IMG/VR virus record: IMGVR_UViG_3300050011_000393
Span: 32,668-96,667 of that record
Strand: one strand, 5' to 3'
Length of the DNA stretch: 64,000 nt
From: a virus
The translations under genes were made by a program, and so were the position numbers. Positions 27,406 through 36,823 of the stretch are shown one piece after another. Positions within the stretch are counted from its first letter, which is position 1, and every line of letters begins with the position of its first letter. Below the pieces are notes generated by a model that ran no database searches, was not told the origin of the DNA, and worked only from the letters and a program-made list of their open reading frames with translations.

Positions 27406-27636
27406 ATGAGTTCACACAGATTCGACGGATTCACCAAAATTAATTCCGGCCATATCGATGGGGCGCAGTACAACGCTATCGACCATAAGATGCGCGTTCG
27501 CTATCAAAACGGGTATGTCTACGAGGTTCACGGAATTTCTTCGGAAGCCTATCAGGATTTTATGGGCGCGCCATCGCAAGGGGAACACTGGCATGCCCAC
27601 ATCAAGGACAATTACCATGTCGTGCGCGTGAGGTAG
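27406..27636 (+). CDS. KTSC domain protein
   Basis: S.HI....Y....M.V.Y.NG.VYE..GIS...Y..FM.APS.G.....HIK..Y. Confidence 0.85.
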   Translation: MSSHRFDGFTKINSGHIDGAQYNAIDHKMRVRYQNGYVYEVHGISSEAYQDFMGAPSQGEHWHAHIKDNYHVVRVR

Positions 27637-27789
27637 CGGATTTTTTAGTTATCATCGAGCATTGCGAGTCGCAGAAATGTGCTTCGTTGTCGCAGTTGCA
27701 GTGCCACGCCCAGCCGTAGATGCCATCCCACCAAAAAGGCTGACAACCATCCGCAATCGCCAGTTGGAAAATTTCGTCGTGTATCGTCA

Positions 27790-28062
27790 TCAATCGTTCT
27801 CCGGCCGCGCAAGTTCCCCATAAACCGCAGCGGGCTGTTCTTCCCGCAAATCTGAAATCACCGCCCGCGCGTGCCGGGTCGTCGGGGAGTCCGGAATTTT
27901 GAAGACTCTCGCGGGACGATACTCCGCTATCTCTACCCGAAAATCGAAAGAGACTTCGGCTCCGCCATCAAGATGCGATATTGCTTTTGCCAATCGAATC
28001 CGCATTTCGCTGACGGTGGTCGGGACGCCTCGACTGCCTATATTTATGTGCAATTTACTCAT
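27790..28062 (-). CDS. hypothetical protein
   Basis: ATGA-coupled ORF with GGAGG RBS. Confidence 0.6.
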   Translation of the reverse strand: MSKLHINIGSRGVPTTVSEMRIRLAKAISHLDGGAEVSFDFRVEIAEYRPARVFKIPDSPTTRHARAVISDLREEQPAAVYGELARPEND

Positions 28063-28616
28063 ACGGCCTCCTCGGCGTCACGTTGCGCAGATTCTTTTCG
28101 GTTCTTCGGGGCCACGGCTAGGCGAGCTTCGCACCGCGCGATGGCCTCTTTTGCGCGGCGAATCTCTCCGCGCCAGTATGAGACGTTCCACGCCCAAGTT
28201 CTGTGCTGCTTTTCTTTATACCCAAGGCGTCGCTTCTCTTCTGCTTCGTGTTCGGCCACGAGGGCTTCCGCCCGGCTAGCTGCCTCATCCGGAAACTGGA
28301 ACAACTCCGCTTCTTTGGTGTAGCAACTCCCGCTGCCGATGGCGTAGGTTACTTCGGGGATATATTCAGGCCCTCGCACTTGCACCCCCGTAATGAGGTA
28401 TGGAACAGCCTCCCCGACGTATTGATACGTCTGGATACGCCCTGGAGAGCCTTCGTAGCCTCTCTCGCAGCATACGCAGGCGATTGAGACTTCGGAGTCA
28501 TCCCCGAGGATAACGCGCAGCCTGCCGCTTCCTAGGCACTCTGGACAGGTAATCCAGACCTGCTTCGAACCTACTCGGGCACAGTAAACCACATCACCGA
28601 TCTGAAATTTAGTCAT
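28059..28616 (-). CDS. hypothetical protein with CxxCxGxG Zn motif
   Basis: KFQIGDVVY, CPECLGSG...CVCC. Confidence 0.7.
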   Translation of the reverse strand: MTKFQIGDVVYCARVGSKQVWITCPECLGSGRLRVILGDDSEVSIACVCCERGYEGSPGRIQTYQYVGEAVPYLITGVQVRGPEYIPEVTYAIGSGSCYTKEAELFQFPDEAASRAEALVAEHEAEEKRRLGYKEKQHRTWAWNVSYWRGEIRRAKEAIARCEARLAVAPKNRKESAQRDAEEAV

Positions 28617-28624
28617 TTTCGCTC

Positions 28625-29182
28625 CTATGCGAGTACGAGATTGTCCATGGCATCTTGGGCCATAACACCATCATTTTCTTGTAGATAGACGAAAGCCGAA
28701 CTCGGAGACTTGTGTCCCAAGAATTCACTGACCGCGCCGATGCGCTTCGTCACGGCATATACTGCCATGGCGGCACTGTGGCGGAAGACGTGCGAGTGAG
28801 CATAGCTGCTGTGAACGCCAGCAACGGCAAAATACCGAACCAGCGTTTCGTTGTAGTACTGGCGGCTGAGTCCGCCGAAGATCTTGGACAGACCCTTGGT
28901 CGCCGCCAGGGCGATCAGGGGAGTCATGTCGACCGTCGGGTCCTCCGAGATGTGAAGGTTGCGCACGACAACTTTACCGCGCTTGGCTGCGCCGACCCGA
29001 ACGACCCACTTGCCGTCGCGCTGGAAGATATCTTCCCCGCGCAGGTCCAGCATCTGGGAGACGCGCGTGCCAGTGTAGAACATCACCAGCATGGCCATGT
29101 GGTGCAGGTGGCTCTTCTCGGTCTTGGCTTCTTGCGCCGCTCGGAAGACTTTTGCCAGGTCGCTCTCGGGTAAGTAATTCAT
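28625..29182 (-). CDS. short tyrosine recombinase (catalytic domain only, 185 aa)
   Basis: YTGTRVSQ, AKRG, HVFRH, FLGH...Y catalytic residues; AGGAGG RBS. Confidence 0.88.
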   Translation of the reverse strand: MNYLPESDLAKVFRAAQEAKTEKSHLHHMAMLVMFYTGTRVSQMLDLRGEDIFQRDGKWVVRVGAAKRGKVVVRNLHISEDPTVDMTPLIALAATKGLSKIFGGLSRQYYNETLVRYFAVAGVHSSYAHSHVFRHSAAMAVYAVTKRIGAVSEFLGHKSPSSAFVYLQENDGVMAQDAMDNLVLA

Positions 29183-29230
29183 GTCAGTTGCCTCCTGAAC
29201 TGAACCCATTATGGGGGAATGACCTGGCCT

Positions 29231-29270
29231 AGCGCAATAGTACGAAAGTACTGTTTTTCGACTAGTACTA
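29231..29270. repeat. 40-bp direct repeat carrying -35 and GTAC operator (copy 1)
   Basis: AGCGCAATAGTACGAAAGTACTGTTTTTCGACTAGTACTA identical at 35730-35769; minus TTGCGC-N17-CATAAT drives recombinase. Confidence 0.85.
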
Positions 29271-29277
29271 GGGGTGG

Positions 29278-29694
29278 TTACTCTGCCCCTTTTGTCTTGA
29301 TGAAGTGCTCGATTCTGTTTACGCCTGCGCGCGCCCTGCCTGCTTGGGATCTGGCTCGAACATACGCCGTTGCGTATTTGGCGGGCCACTCCGAACGAAA
29401 GAATAACCGAAGTCTTTGGTTTGCGGTTAGCCCAAGCGCGCGTGTTGCGAAGATCTCCACGGAATGGCCTGAAGGGAGATCGTCAAAGCTGCTGGGTTTC
29501 TTCAAATCGAGTTTGTGCTCGAGGACGTAAGCCGCTCCAGCCAGACAGCAGGCGGTTCCGCAGAGGGCTTTTTCATCCCCGAGAACAGAAGAGGACTTGG
29601 TTGGCTGCAGCCAGTCGGACATGTCAAATCGACCTTTTTCTTGCAGGATGAATTTCTGAATCTTTCTCAGCAGCTTTGTATTAATTCCGCTCAT
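29278..29694 (-). CDS. hypothetical phage protein (CGTACCLAG family)
   Basis: FDM..W, CGT.CC.AG, LF motif; AAGGAG RBS. Confidence 0.7.
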   Translation of the reverse strand: MSGINTKLLRKIQKFILQEKGRFDMSDWLQPTKSSSVLGDEKALCGTACCLAGAAYVLEHKLDLKKPSSFDDLPSGHSVEIFATRALGLTANQRLRLFFRSEWPAKYATAYVRARSQAGRARAGVNRIEHFIKTKGAE

Positions 29695-29776
29695 CGTCGT
29701 TTCTCCTTTGGTGTGCAAATGACAGCAGTCAACAATAACACATGAAAAAAGCAAAGACCATACATTATCAGCATGA

Positions 29777-30190
29777 TTACCGTCTCCCGGCCAACGCTAG
29801 AATGCGTGTCGCGTTTTCTCGCTCGATGTAATCAATAACGATTTTAAGTTCAGCGAGCGTGGCATCACCCTTCACTTCATTGCAGCGGTAACAGATGACG
29901 CGGGTGTTTTCCAATGTATATCCTTCTGTGTTTTCCAGACGGTCGAGCGAGGGAGAACTTCTGCGTCCCTCGATACCTCGCCTCGTTGTGTACACCAGAG
30001 GGCGGTGACAACAGGCGCAGTCGAGCAGAGGAGACTCTTTAAGGCGATATATTCTATCGTCGAATGGTATATTTTTTGCCCGCGCCCGCATTCTGGCCTG
30101 CCCAATCATATTTTGAAGGCGACCTGCGGGCGTAGCGTGATACCTGTCGCATCGGATGGCGGCTTTCGCCTTGTCTCTCGGGGACCTCAT
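29777..30190 (-). CDS. HNH-type homing endonuclease
   Basis: CxCC...PSLDRLEN..GY...N..VICxRCN.VKG. Confidence 0.85.
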   Translation of the reverse strand: MRSPRDKAKAAIRCDRYHATPAGRLQNMIGQARMRARAKNIPFDDRIYRLKESPLLDCACCHRPLVYTTRRGIEGRRSSPSLDRLENTEGYTLENTRVICYRCNEVKGDATLAELKIVIDYIERENATRILALAGRR

Positions 30191-30780
30191 GGTTTGTGCG
30201 CCAAAGAGAGAATTCGTGAAGCATAACCACCATCACATGAATCGCAGCCCACCCCAACGCCGTTGTACCTCTGAATGCCTGCCTGGGTGCCATAACGGTT
30301 GATAGAATCAGCCAAAATAGTTGCCCCCGTGCGCAGGCTGTCATATTTATTGAACAAGTTTACATCATGTCCGAAATCGAACTTCGAGGACCAAATTCGA
30401 AGCATGATCTGGGTGAGCCCGACTGCGCCACGACTCGACACTGCGTATGGATTGCAGGCGGATTCTGTCGCTACAGTGGCAGCCAGGATTGACGGGTCCA
30501 GATTTGTGTCAATTGCGGCTTTCGCAGTCGCCTCGATCAAATCACTGTCCGCATCTGCGCAGCCCGGGGAACGGCCGAACACTTTTGCGACATCCAGCGG
30601 CGCGCTGCGCCAAATGGAATAGGTCAGCAAGGATTCCTTCGGGTGCGGCATGTTTCGTAGCAAGATTGGCCGAATGTCTGCAGGCGATGGAAGCAGGTAG
30701 TGCCCAGCCACCGCTGGAATGGTGAAAGCCAGCAAGGGGGCCAACAGAACCAAGATGAGCATCATTTGTTTTGTGCGCAT
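30187..30780 (-). CDS. lytic transglycosylase (SLT domain) with N-terminal signal/TM
   Basis: ATES..NP.AVS.RGAVGLTQI, RYNG. Confidence 0.9.
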   Translation of the reverse strand: MRTKQMMLILVLLAPLLAFTIPAVAGHYLLPSPADIRPILLRNMPHPKESLLTYSIWRSAPLDVAKVFGRSPGCADADSDLIEATAKAAIDTNLDPSILAATVATESACNPYAVSSRGAVGLTQIMLRIWSSKFDFGHDVNLFNKYDSLRTGATILADSINRYGTQAGIQRYNGVGVGCDSCDGGYASRILSLAHKP

Positions 30781-30854
30781 AGAATTATTCTCCTATGAGG
30801 TGAGTGTCCCTCTTTGAAGGCCCGATTGCTCGGGCCCTCTTAGAGAAGCACTAA

Positions 30855-31553
30855 CTAAAATACGTCATTCTCCTTTCCGCGATGGCGCGGGAATTCGAGT
30901 AAGACGGATACGTTGACGCCACCGCCAAGCGCAGGCCCGCGCTGGCACGTTACGGGTCCGCCGTTCGCGCCGTCGCAGAGAGGGTTGCCCTGGGTTAGCA
31001 CTCGCCCGAAGACGAAGTCTTCCGAGTTGCGAATACAGACCGCGCCAATACAGCCGAAGCGCACGGTGAATCCGAAGTCACCTCCCTGAAGTTGTGGAGT
31101 CTCCAGCCCTGTCGGGGACACGCCGTTGTTGAATTCGCGGATATACGAAAGCGCAAATCGAGCAGGGAGCCCGCCCACAATGCCTCGATAGATGATGCCA
31201 CCGAAAGCGTAGTCACCATCTTTTGAAATTTTGGTCACGTTGTATGACGAATCCTCGACGCGGCCAGTAAGACCCAAGGACGGAGTAAACCAGATATTTC
31301 CGCCCACGGATGCCAGGTTCGCGCGCCCGCCACCTAATGCAACGTGCGATTCGAAAGGCGAGAACGTATCTTTTAAATCCAGTTCATAATGCTTGGCGAA
31401 CGGAATCTCGACGCCAACAAGAACCCCGACGCTGGAGTTATCAAACTCCTGCGCGCCAGCGACACCGACCAGGACACGCGTCTGTGCATGCGAGAAGGTC
31501 GGAATAAACAAAGCTAGAATCAATGCCAGGACAAGTACAATTCGATTTTTCAT
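30855..31553 (-). CDS. secreted, probable outer-membrane beta-barrel protein
   Basis: Signal peptide SHA-Q; alternating beta-strand pattern. Confidence 0.55.
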   Translation of the reverse strand: MKNRIVLVLALILALFIPTFSHAQTRVLVGVAGAQEFDNSSVGVLVGVEIPFAKHYELDLKDTFSPFESHVALGGGRANLASVGGNIWFTPSLGLTGRVEDSSYNVTKISKDGDYAFGGIIYRGIVGGLPARFALSYIREFNNGVSPTGLETPQLQGGDFGFTVRFGCIGAVCIRNSEDFVFGRVLTQGNPLCDGANGGPVTCQRGPALGGGVNVSVLLEFPRHRGKENDVF

Positions 31554-31625
31554 CAATGCCTCCAAAGCCCGCTTCGCGGCGCGGGGTGCCGAACGGTCAA
31601 GAGTATATCACGCTTCCTTGTAATT

Positions 31626-31700
31626 TGGTAGTCGGGCGTGGGATTGAACCACGGACCTGGCACTTATAAGGTGCCTGCTCTACCACTGAGCTACCCGACT
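31626..31700 (-). tRNA. tRNA-Ile with UAU anticodon, CCA encoded
   Basis: AGTCGGG/CCCGACT acceptor, GCTC/GAGC D-arm, GGCAC-CTTATAA-GTGCC anticodon arm, GTTCAAT T-loop, ACCA end. Confidence 0.92.
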
Positions 31701-31705
31701 GAAAT

Positions 31706-31915
31706 CTATGACCGCAATACGACAATCTTGAAAAGTTTTTCTTCGGATGATTCGGGAAAATATTCAATGTGGTAGTGGTCAGTATAGACCGCGCCGTCGG
31801 CGATTTCCGACTGGTTAATTTTGCGCGGAAAATCATCCGCGACGAAAGTTACAGGCGCGTCCTGTAACTCGATTCCTAGTGATTGCAGGTGTCGAACCAA
31901 CTGGGCGACGGTCAT
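31706..31915 (-). CDS. hypothetical protein
   Basis: MTV.QL...L start typical of small phage proteins; coupled ORFs. Confidence 0.6.
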   Translation of the reverse strand: MTVAQLVRHLQSLGIELQDAPVTFVADDFPRKINQSEIADGAVYTDHYHIEYFPESSEEKLFKIVVLRS

Positions 31916-32178
31916 CGTTTTTGCTCCTGAATGGACTGGATGATGGTTTCGAGCTCTTCGCGGATTTGTCGAACGCTCATGTAGCGCGCTTCCGATTCTT
32001 TTCGGGCCTGCTCGAAGGCGTCTGGTTCAGGGCGGACATAATAGTCGCGGGCGTTCAGATCAATGGCGCAGAGTTTGGCGAGCAACTCGCCAGCCGCCAC
32101 ATATGCGTCGAGATATTCCTCTTTCAAGGACTCGGCGTTCGACCCATTTCGGTGAATTTTTGGTGTCATGATGTTCAT
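31912..32178 (-). CDS. hypothetical protein
   Basis: P.IH.NG...L...Y...NARDYY pattern; AGGAG RBS. Confidence 0.65.
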   Translation of the reverse strand: MNIMTPKIHRNGSNAESLKEEYLDAYVAAGELLAKLCAIDLNARDYYVRPEPDAFEQARKESEARYMSVRQIREELETIIQSIQEQKR

Positions 32179-32550
32179 GATTTTTTCTCCTGGTCGACGA
32201 ACAGATTGAGAGTGGTCAGGGCTGTCTGGAGCCCGCTAATTTCGCCGTCGAGTATCAACTGCTCTTCCCGCTTGGCGGCTAGAGTAGATTCCAGGTACGC
32301 CTTGAGACGTTCGGTTGTTGCGATCATTGTGCCTCCACATTTCGTTCGAATGTTTTGAAACTGAATTCTGCTTTCACGGCCGCCGGAAGACGGTCGTAGG
32401 TCGCTTCGATGACACCCGAAACTGCCGCCTGGGATACCGCCTCGCGAAATTGTTCATGAGCCGCGCGCACGCGCTCGGGGAAATCCGGCGCAGTACAGAT
32501 GGCGTGGTGTTGACGCTGAATAGCCCCTGTGTTGCGTTTGATCTTGATTT

Positions 32551-32868
32551 TCACAGCGACACCTCCAGCCCAGTCTCAGACGTAAACAGCGAGCGCAGTT
32601 GGTCGGCATAAATGCCGTGGTGCTGGGCGACATCGTGAACCTTGGTTCCCCGCACGCACAGGAAGGTGACCGTGTAGGTATCGGAAGGGTCCAGCGTGAC
32701 GGTCACGCGATTAATGCCATTCTTGCAGAAGCCGCCCGCGCCAGGCAGCGTAAAGGCCAGGCTGCCCGTACCGAAAGCGGTGAGGTTCTTCGCGCCAGTC
32801 ATGGCGGTGAACTTGTGGCCGCCCAGTTGCTGCAAGATTGTTTCGGCGATTTGTTGGGTCTCGGTCAT
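32551..32868 (-). CDS. conserved early phage protein
   Basis: IA.TILQQLGG..F..MTGAKN...DTY.V.F...IY.DQL..LF...TGL. Confidence 0.75.
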   Translation of the reverse strand: MTETQQIAETILQQLGGHKFTAMTGAKNLTAFGTGSLAFTLPGAGGFCKNGINRVTVTLDPSDTYTVTFLCVRGTKVHDVAQHHGIYADQLRSLFTSETGLEVSL

Positions 32869-32890
32869 TTGTGTAATCTCCATGTCCATC

Positions 32891-32951
32891 ATTCTACGGG
32901 ATGCCCTTCGGGAGCGCAATGGTACGAAAGTACTAATTTCCCTTAGTACTT
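32891..32951 (-). promoter_or_regulatory. sigma70 promoter with GTAC operators
   Basis: minus TTGCGC-N17-TAGAAT; GGTACGAAAGTACT and inverted repeat AAGTACTAA-N6-TTAGTACTT. Confidence 0.7.
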
Positions 32952-33394
32952 CTTTTCGCTTGACACTGGTACGCTAGGTCAGGTAACATCTTTTTGCAGT
33001 TAGGGGGTGCGAGATGACTTACGCACACAAGATTCAGGCAGTGTTGCTCGGCTTGTCGGTCTGGTGTTTGCTTTCAGTTTATTTGGGGCTGCGCTTGGGA
33101 GTTTTCATGCGACCCGTCCACTATCTATTTGGATTTCCTGTCTCGAAGAGGTATCGATGACGTGCCAGTTCAGTGAGCTGATGGAAACAATCCAAAACGC
33201 CACTGTTCCGAAGTGGTTGCGCGAGTACGTGCAGGTGCATAGGCTCGAAATGATTGACAGTCTTACTCGCTTCGATGAGTACACCATTATCATCCCAGAC
33301 GGCGGGCAGATAATCATTAAGCGGAATGCCAGAGCGACGGGGCATGAACCACGCCCATCACGACGACCGAATTGCTTTTAACGAGGAGAATATC

Positions 33395-33847
33395 ATGTCA
33401 GCTCAATGCAACAATTGCGGGTCATTTGAATACGTGCGCCTGTGTCCGCATTGTACGCAGGCGGCTATTTGCACTCGATGTGAGGGAAACCACGCCCCGT
33501 TCTGCGAGGAACTGCAAAAGCGCAAGAAGCGCGGCCAGGGCCCGACAGTCGGTAATGTTCCCATGCCCGCTCATCGCGCAGGCCATGAAACGCCTCCTAC
33601 CACAGAGCCTGACCGACTGTATTCCATGCCTGGTGTCCTAGGCGCACCGTATTTGCCGGAAAACGCAATCACTATGGAGCAGGCGTTCGAACATCTCGCC
33701 AATGCTGGATTACATCCGTTCGAACATCTCGCCAATGCTGGATTACATCCGATTCTTCGATCTGCCATAGCAGGCGGCAGTGCCGCCGAAGAGCAGGCCA
33801 AGATTGATGAAGGCCTCGAAGGCGTTAAGGACCTGCTGGCAGAGTAA
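33395..33847 (+). CDS. Cys-rich Zn-binding hypothetical protein
   Basis: Three CxxC; GAGGAG RBS. Confidence 0.65.
   Translation: MSAQCNNCGSFEYVRLCPHCTQAAICTRCEGNHAPFCEELQKRKKRGQGPTVGNVPMPAHRAGHETPPTTEPDRLYSMPGVLGAPYLPENAITMEQAFEHLANAGLHPFEHLANAGLHPILRSAIAGGSAAEEQAKIDEGLEGVKDLLAE
33684..33751 (+). repeat. perfect 33-bp tandem duplication (FEHLANAGLHP x2)
   Basis: CGTTCGAACATCTCGCCAATGCTGGATTACATC twice. Confidence 0.95.
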
Positions 33848-33879
33848 GACTATTTGTTCACAGGTAGAGGGTAATCGAC

Positions 33880-34245
33880 ATGGGAACACCGACGCCATTT
33901 TCACTTCGATTGACTACTTCTATTTGTGTGTTCAATTGTTTGTTTATAGCCTCACCCCAAGGCGCGCAGACATTCGTGTTTGGCAATGCGGCCATCATCA
34001 GCGCGCTTCAATTGGAGTATGCGCAGTTGGTGACTCTCTACATGGAACTGCGGCAGCAAGATATCCCTAGCCAGGAAGTAGTACTGGATGGGTTGATCGC
34101 CTCGGCGCTCACGACAGTCACGGCATTATTGGCTACGCTCAACACCATTGTCGAGACGGGTGATGCGGGAATTTTATTGCGTGCCATGCAATCAGTAGTG
34201 ACCAGTGCGGTCGCAAACTTAAAGAATGTGCAGAGCGATGAATAG
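33880..34245 (+). CDS. hypothetical protein
   Basis: Follows degenerate late motif at 33848; GAGGG RBS. Confidence 0.55.
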   Translation: MGTPTPFSLRLTTSICVFNCLFIASPQGAQTFVFGNAAIISALQLEYAQLVTLYMELRQQDIPSQEVVLDGLIASALTTVTALLATLNTIVETGDAGILLRAMQSVVTSAVANLKNVQSDE

Positions 34246-35200
34246 CGAGCTGGAGAAGCGGTACGCAATTCTACGCGGACAGTATCCGATTCAACAAGGA
34301 GACCCTGATATGGTTATCGAATTGACAGATGCACAAATAGTAAGAGTGTTGGAGCTGTGCGAAGCCATCGCGCGGACAAAGCAAGAGCTGCCTACTCCGC
34401 CGAAGGGATTTGATGTTCGGCTGGAACTGGCGCGGCATCTGCGTTCGAGCCTAGAAGATAAGAACGATTTACTGCTCGAGCTTGGCGCTTTGCTTAGATG
34501 ATTCGAATGGCAATCATGATGCCTGTCGCGGATACCCAGTAGAGTACACGCTTCCAGTCGCCCTGCAGGCCGTATCCAACCACGGCCATAACATCCACGC
34601 CAATACCGAGGTTAACTGCGATGTTGCCCCAGTTCCAATGCGTCATCGCGCCACCTCGGAGGCCGTGATTATCCTCACGGCTTCGTTAAACAGCGCAGTC
34701 TTGTGTCGCGCGAGAGCTAGCTCACGAACCTCATCGAATTCGTCGCGCGCTGCATCGGCGTCTTGGGCCAGACTCTGGGACACCCACGCCGAAACGGGCG
34801 CGCCATCGTTCGAGTGTCTTACCGCTGACCGCGTCCAGAATTCTCCTTCTCGTATTGGAGCCTTCATTGTTTTGCCTCCTGTTCTAAAATCCATGCGATA
34901 GCCTCGCGCTTCAGGCTAAAAAATTTAATGATTCTGGGGCCTTTGTACACATACCAGACCGTGTCTCCTATACATCGGGTGCGCCTGATTTGATATGGAT
35001 AATTCATTGTCGCCACCCGCCGCTGTTCGGCTGACCGATATCATTGCAGTCACAGAAAACTTCTGGTCGGTCGACTTGGGCTTGCCACCGAGCAAGCCTA
35101 TCCCACGCATCGCGGTACTCATAGTAGGTCGCGTATTTGGCGATAACGCGGCCCTTGTTTAGAATGAGGAAGCAAGAATCGTTGTACTCACCTGTGACTT

Positions 35201-35440
35201 TCATCCGCGCACCGTGTACCCTTCTGCGATTAAGCCGTTGATGATGTCCTGCACATACCGATGCTCAATCACGACACCAGACACCCACCGCTGGGCGTCG
35301 TCGGGGATGTTCTCGTCAATCCAAAGTTGCGCCGCCTTCGTCATCGGCACCAAGATGCAGATGCTGCCCTCGTTTTGGAGGACGAAATCGACGTTCGGCC
35401 CTTCCATATCCTTTGCAGTTCCTGCCAGACTAGGTGACAT
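35201..35440 (-). CDS. hypothetical phage protein
   Basis: NEGSI..L.P.T.AA..WI.EN...Q.W...V.IEHRY. Confidence 0.65.
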   Translation of the reverse strand: MSPSLAGTAKDMEGPNVDFVLQNEGSICILVPMTKAAQLWIDENIPDDAQRWVSGVVIEHRYVQDIINGLIAEGYTVRG

Positions 35441-35685
35441 TATTGCACCACCTTGATCTGCAGAGTCAGCGCGCGCATGCGATTCTCGCGCTGCAGGGCA
35501 ATGCGGGTCCGCAGTTTCATGAATGCCAGCGCAGACTCATTATAGGCCACGGCGTACAGGTTCTGTACCGAGAATACCACGAACGGAGAACCAGGAGAGA
35601 TACCCTCATACTTGCAGGCTAGGTCCCAGAAATGTTTGCTCTGGGCTTTCGCGGCATTCAGTTTGCTGGCTTCTTTGTTCGTCAT
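35440..35685 (-). CDS. early hypothetical protein
   Basis: GGAGG RBS downstream of promoter. Confidence 0.6.
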   Translation of the reverse strand: MTNKEASKLNAAKAQSKHFWDLACKYEGISPGSPFVVFSVQNLYAVAYNESALAFMKLRTRIALQRENRMRALTLQIKVVQ

Positions 35686-35729
35686 GTGTGTTGCCTCCAT
35701 GTCCGTCATAATAGGCTCTGGGCTTTGGG

Positions 35730-35769
35730 AGCGCAATAGTACGAAAGTACTGTTTTTCGACTAGTACTA
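35730..35769. repeat. 40-bp direct repeat carrying -35 and GTAC operator (copy 2)
   Basis: Identical to 29231-29270; minus TTGCGC-N17-TATTAT; divergent TTGACA...TATAAT at about 35787-35814. Confidence 0.85.
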
Positions 35770-35982
35770 AAAAGATGAAAAAACGCTTGACAGCGGCATG
35801 CCAAATGCTATAATCGAGGCCATGAAACAGCCTAAAGACTTGATGCGAGGGAGCGCTTGGGACTTCGAAGGGTGCGCCATTGAATTCGGGACAGAACCTG
35901 AGCACTTTTTCAGAACCATATTATATGAGCACCTGCCGCCTGCGAAACAGTGCGGCGCGGCTACATCAAGGGAGAAAAAAGC

Positions 35983-36273
35983 ATGACATTTTCTGACTGG
36001 GTAAACAAATGGATTAATCAGCTTGCACACGTCGGCTGGGGCGCGTTCCTGGCCCTTCTCTTGTCCGAAGCATTGCCAGCAGGACATCACCATATCCCTG
36101 TGTACGCGCTGCTATTGGTCACCGCGTTTGCGACTATCAAGGAGGCCGTATTCGACCCGCTCACCGAGACGTTGGTCGAGCAGGGGTCTGGCCTAGAAGA
36201 CTGGGTCTTCTGGATGCTGGGAAATCTAAGCGGCGTCGTCAGCTTTCTGTTGCTGGCGCATTGGAGGCGATGA
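35983..36273 (+). CDS. small membrane protein
   Basis: Three hydrophobic segments, H...KE...D pattern. Confidence 0.6.
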   Translation: MTFSDWVNKWINQLAHVGWGAFLALLLSEALPAGHHHIPVYALLLVTAFATIKEAVFDPLTETLVEQGSGLEDWVFWMLGNLSGVVSFLLLAHWRR

Positions 36274-36823
36274 TGTTGAAACTCGACCAAGACACTTTCA
36301 TCACAAACTATGTGACCACGTTTCTGGCCACCCATGCTGCGGAGTATCACGCACAGAAGGTAAAGCGGCCTCCGCTCGGGCAGTACACGCCGCCTATTTC
36401 AGAAGCAATACTGTATGCGCGAACGGCTTGGTATGAACTGATACGACATTTCGACGCTCAGCATTGGAGGGATATCAGATGAATCAGGACATTCGCACAG
36501 ACGATATGGGAAAGTGGAGTGCCACATCACGTAACTGTTCGAGTTTTGACCTTGCTGCGGCCGCCGCGCTTAGCATCTTGCACCGCACGCCGCACGTTCG
36601 TCTTTGGCTGCAGCCCAATAATCGTTGGCTGGTGATTGCTTTTACGCCTGGATTTGGCACCAACTAAGGAGGAAACATGTTGAAACCTGAAGAAGTGAAA
36701 GATATTAATACATTGCACGTCGCTATACGGGAACAGGATTCGCGCGTCCGGGCCGCCCAAGCAGGTTTAGCGCGGGACGAGAAAGCTTTGGCCGATTATT
36801 TGTGGAAACTGACGGAGAAGAAA

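Noticed and set aside
28625-29389. 254-aa version of the recombinase
   Set aside because: Upstream extension crosses the promoter and another gene; RBS supports the 29182 start
33684-33751. 33-bp tandem repeat as a functional system
   Set aside because: Single in-frame duplication, likely slippage or assembly artefact
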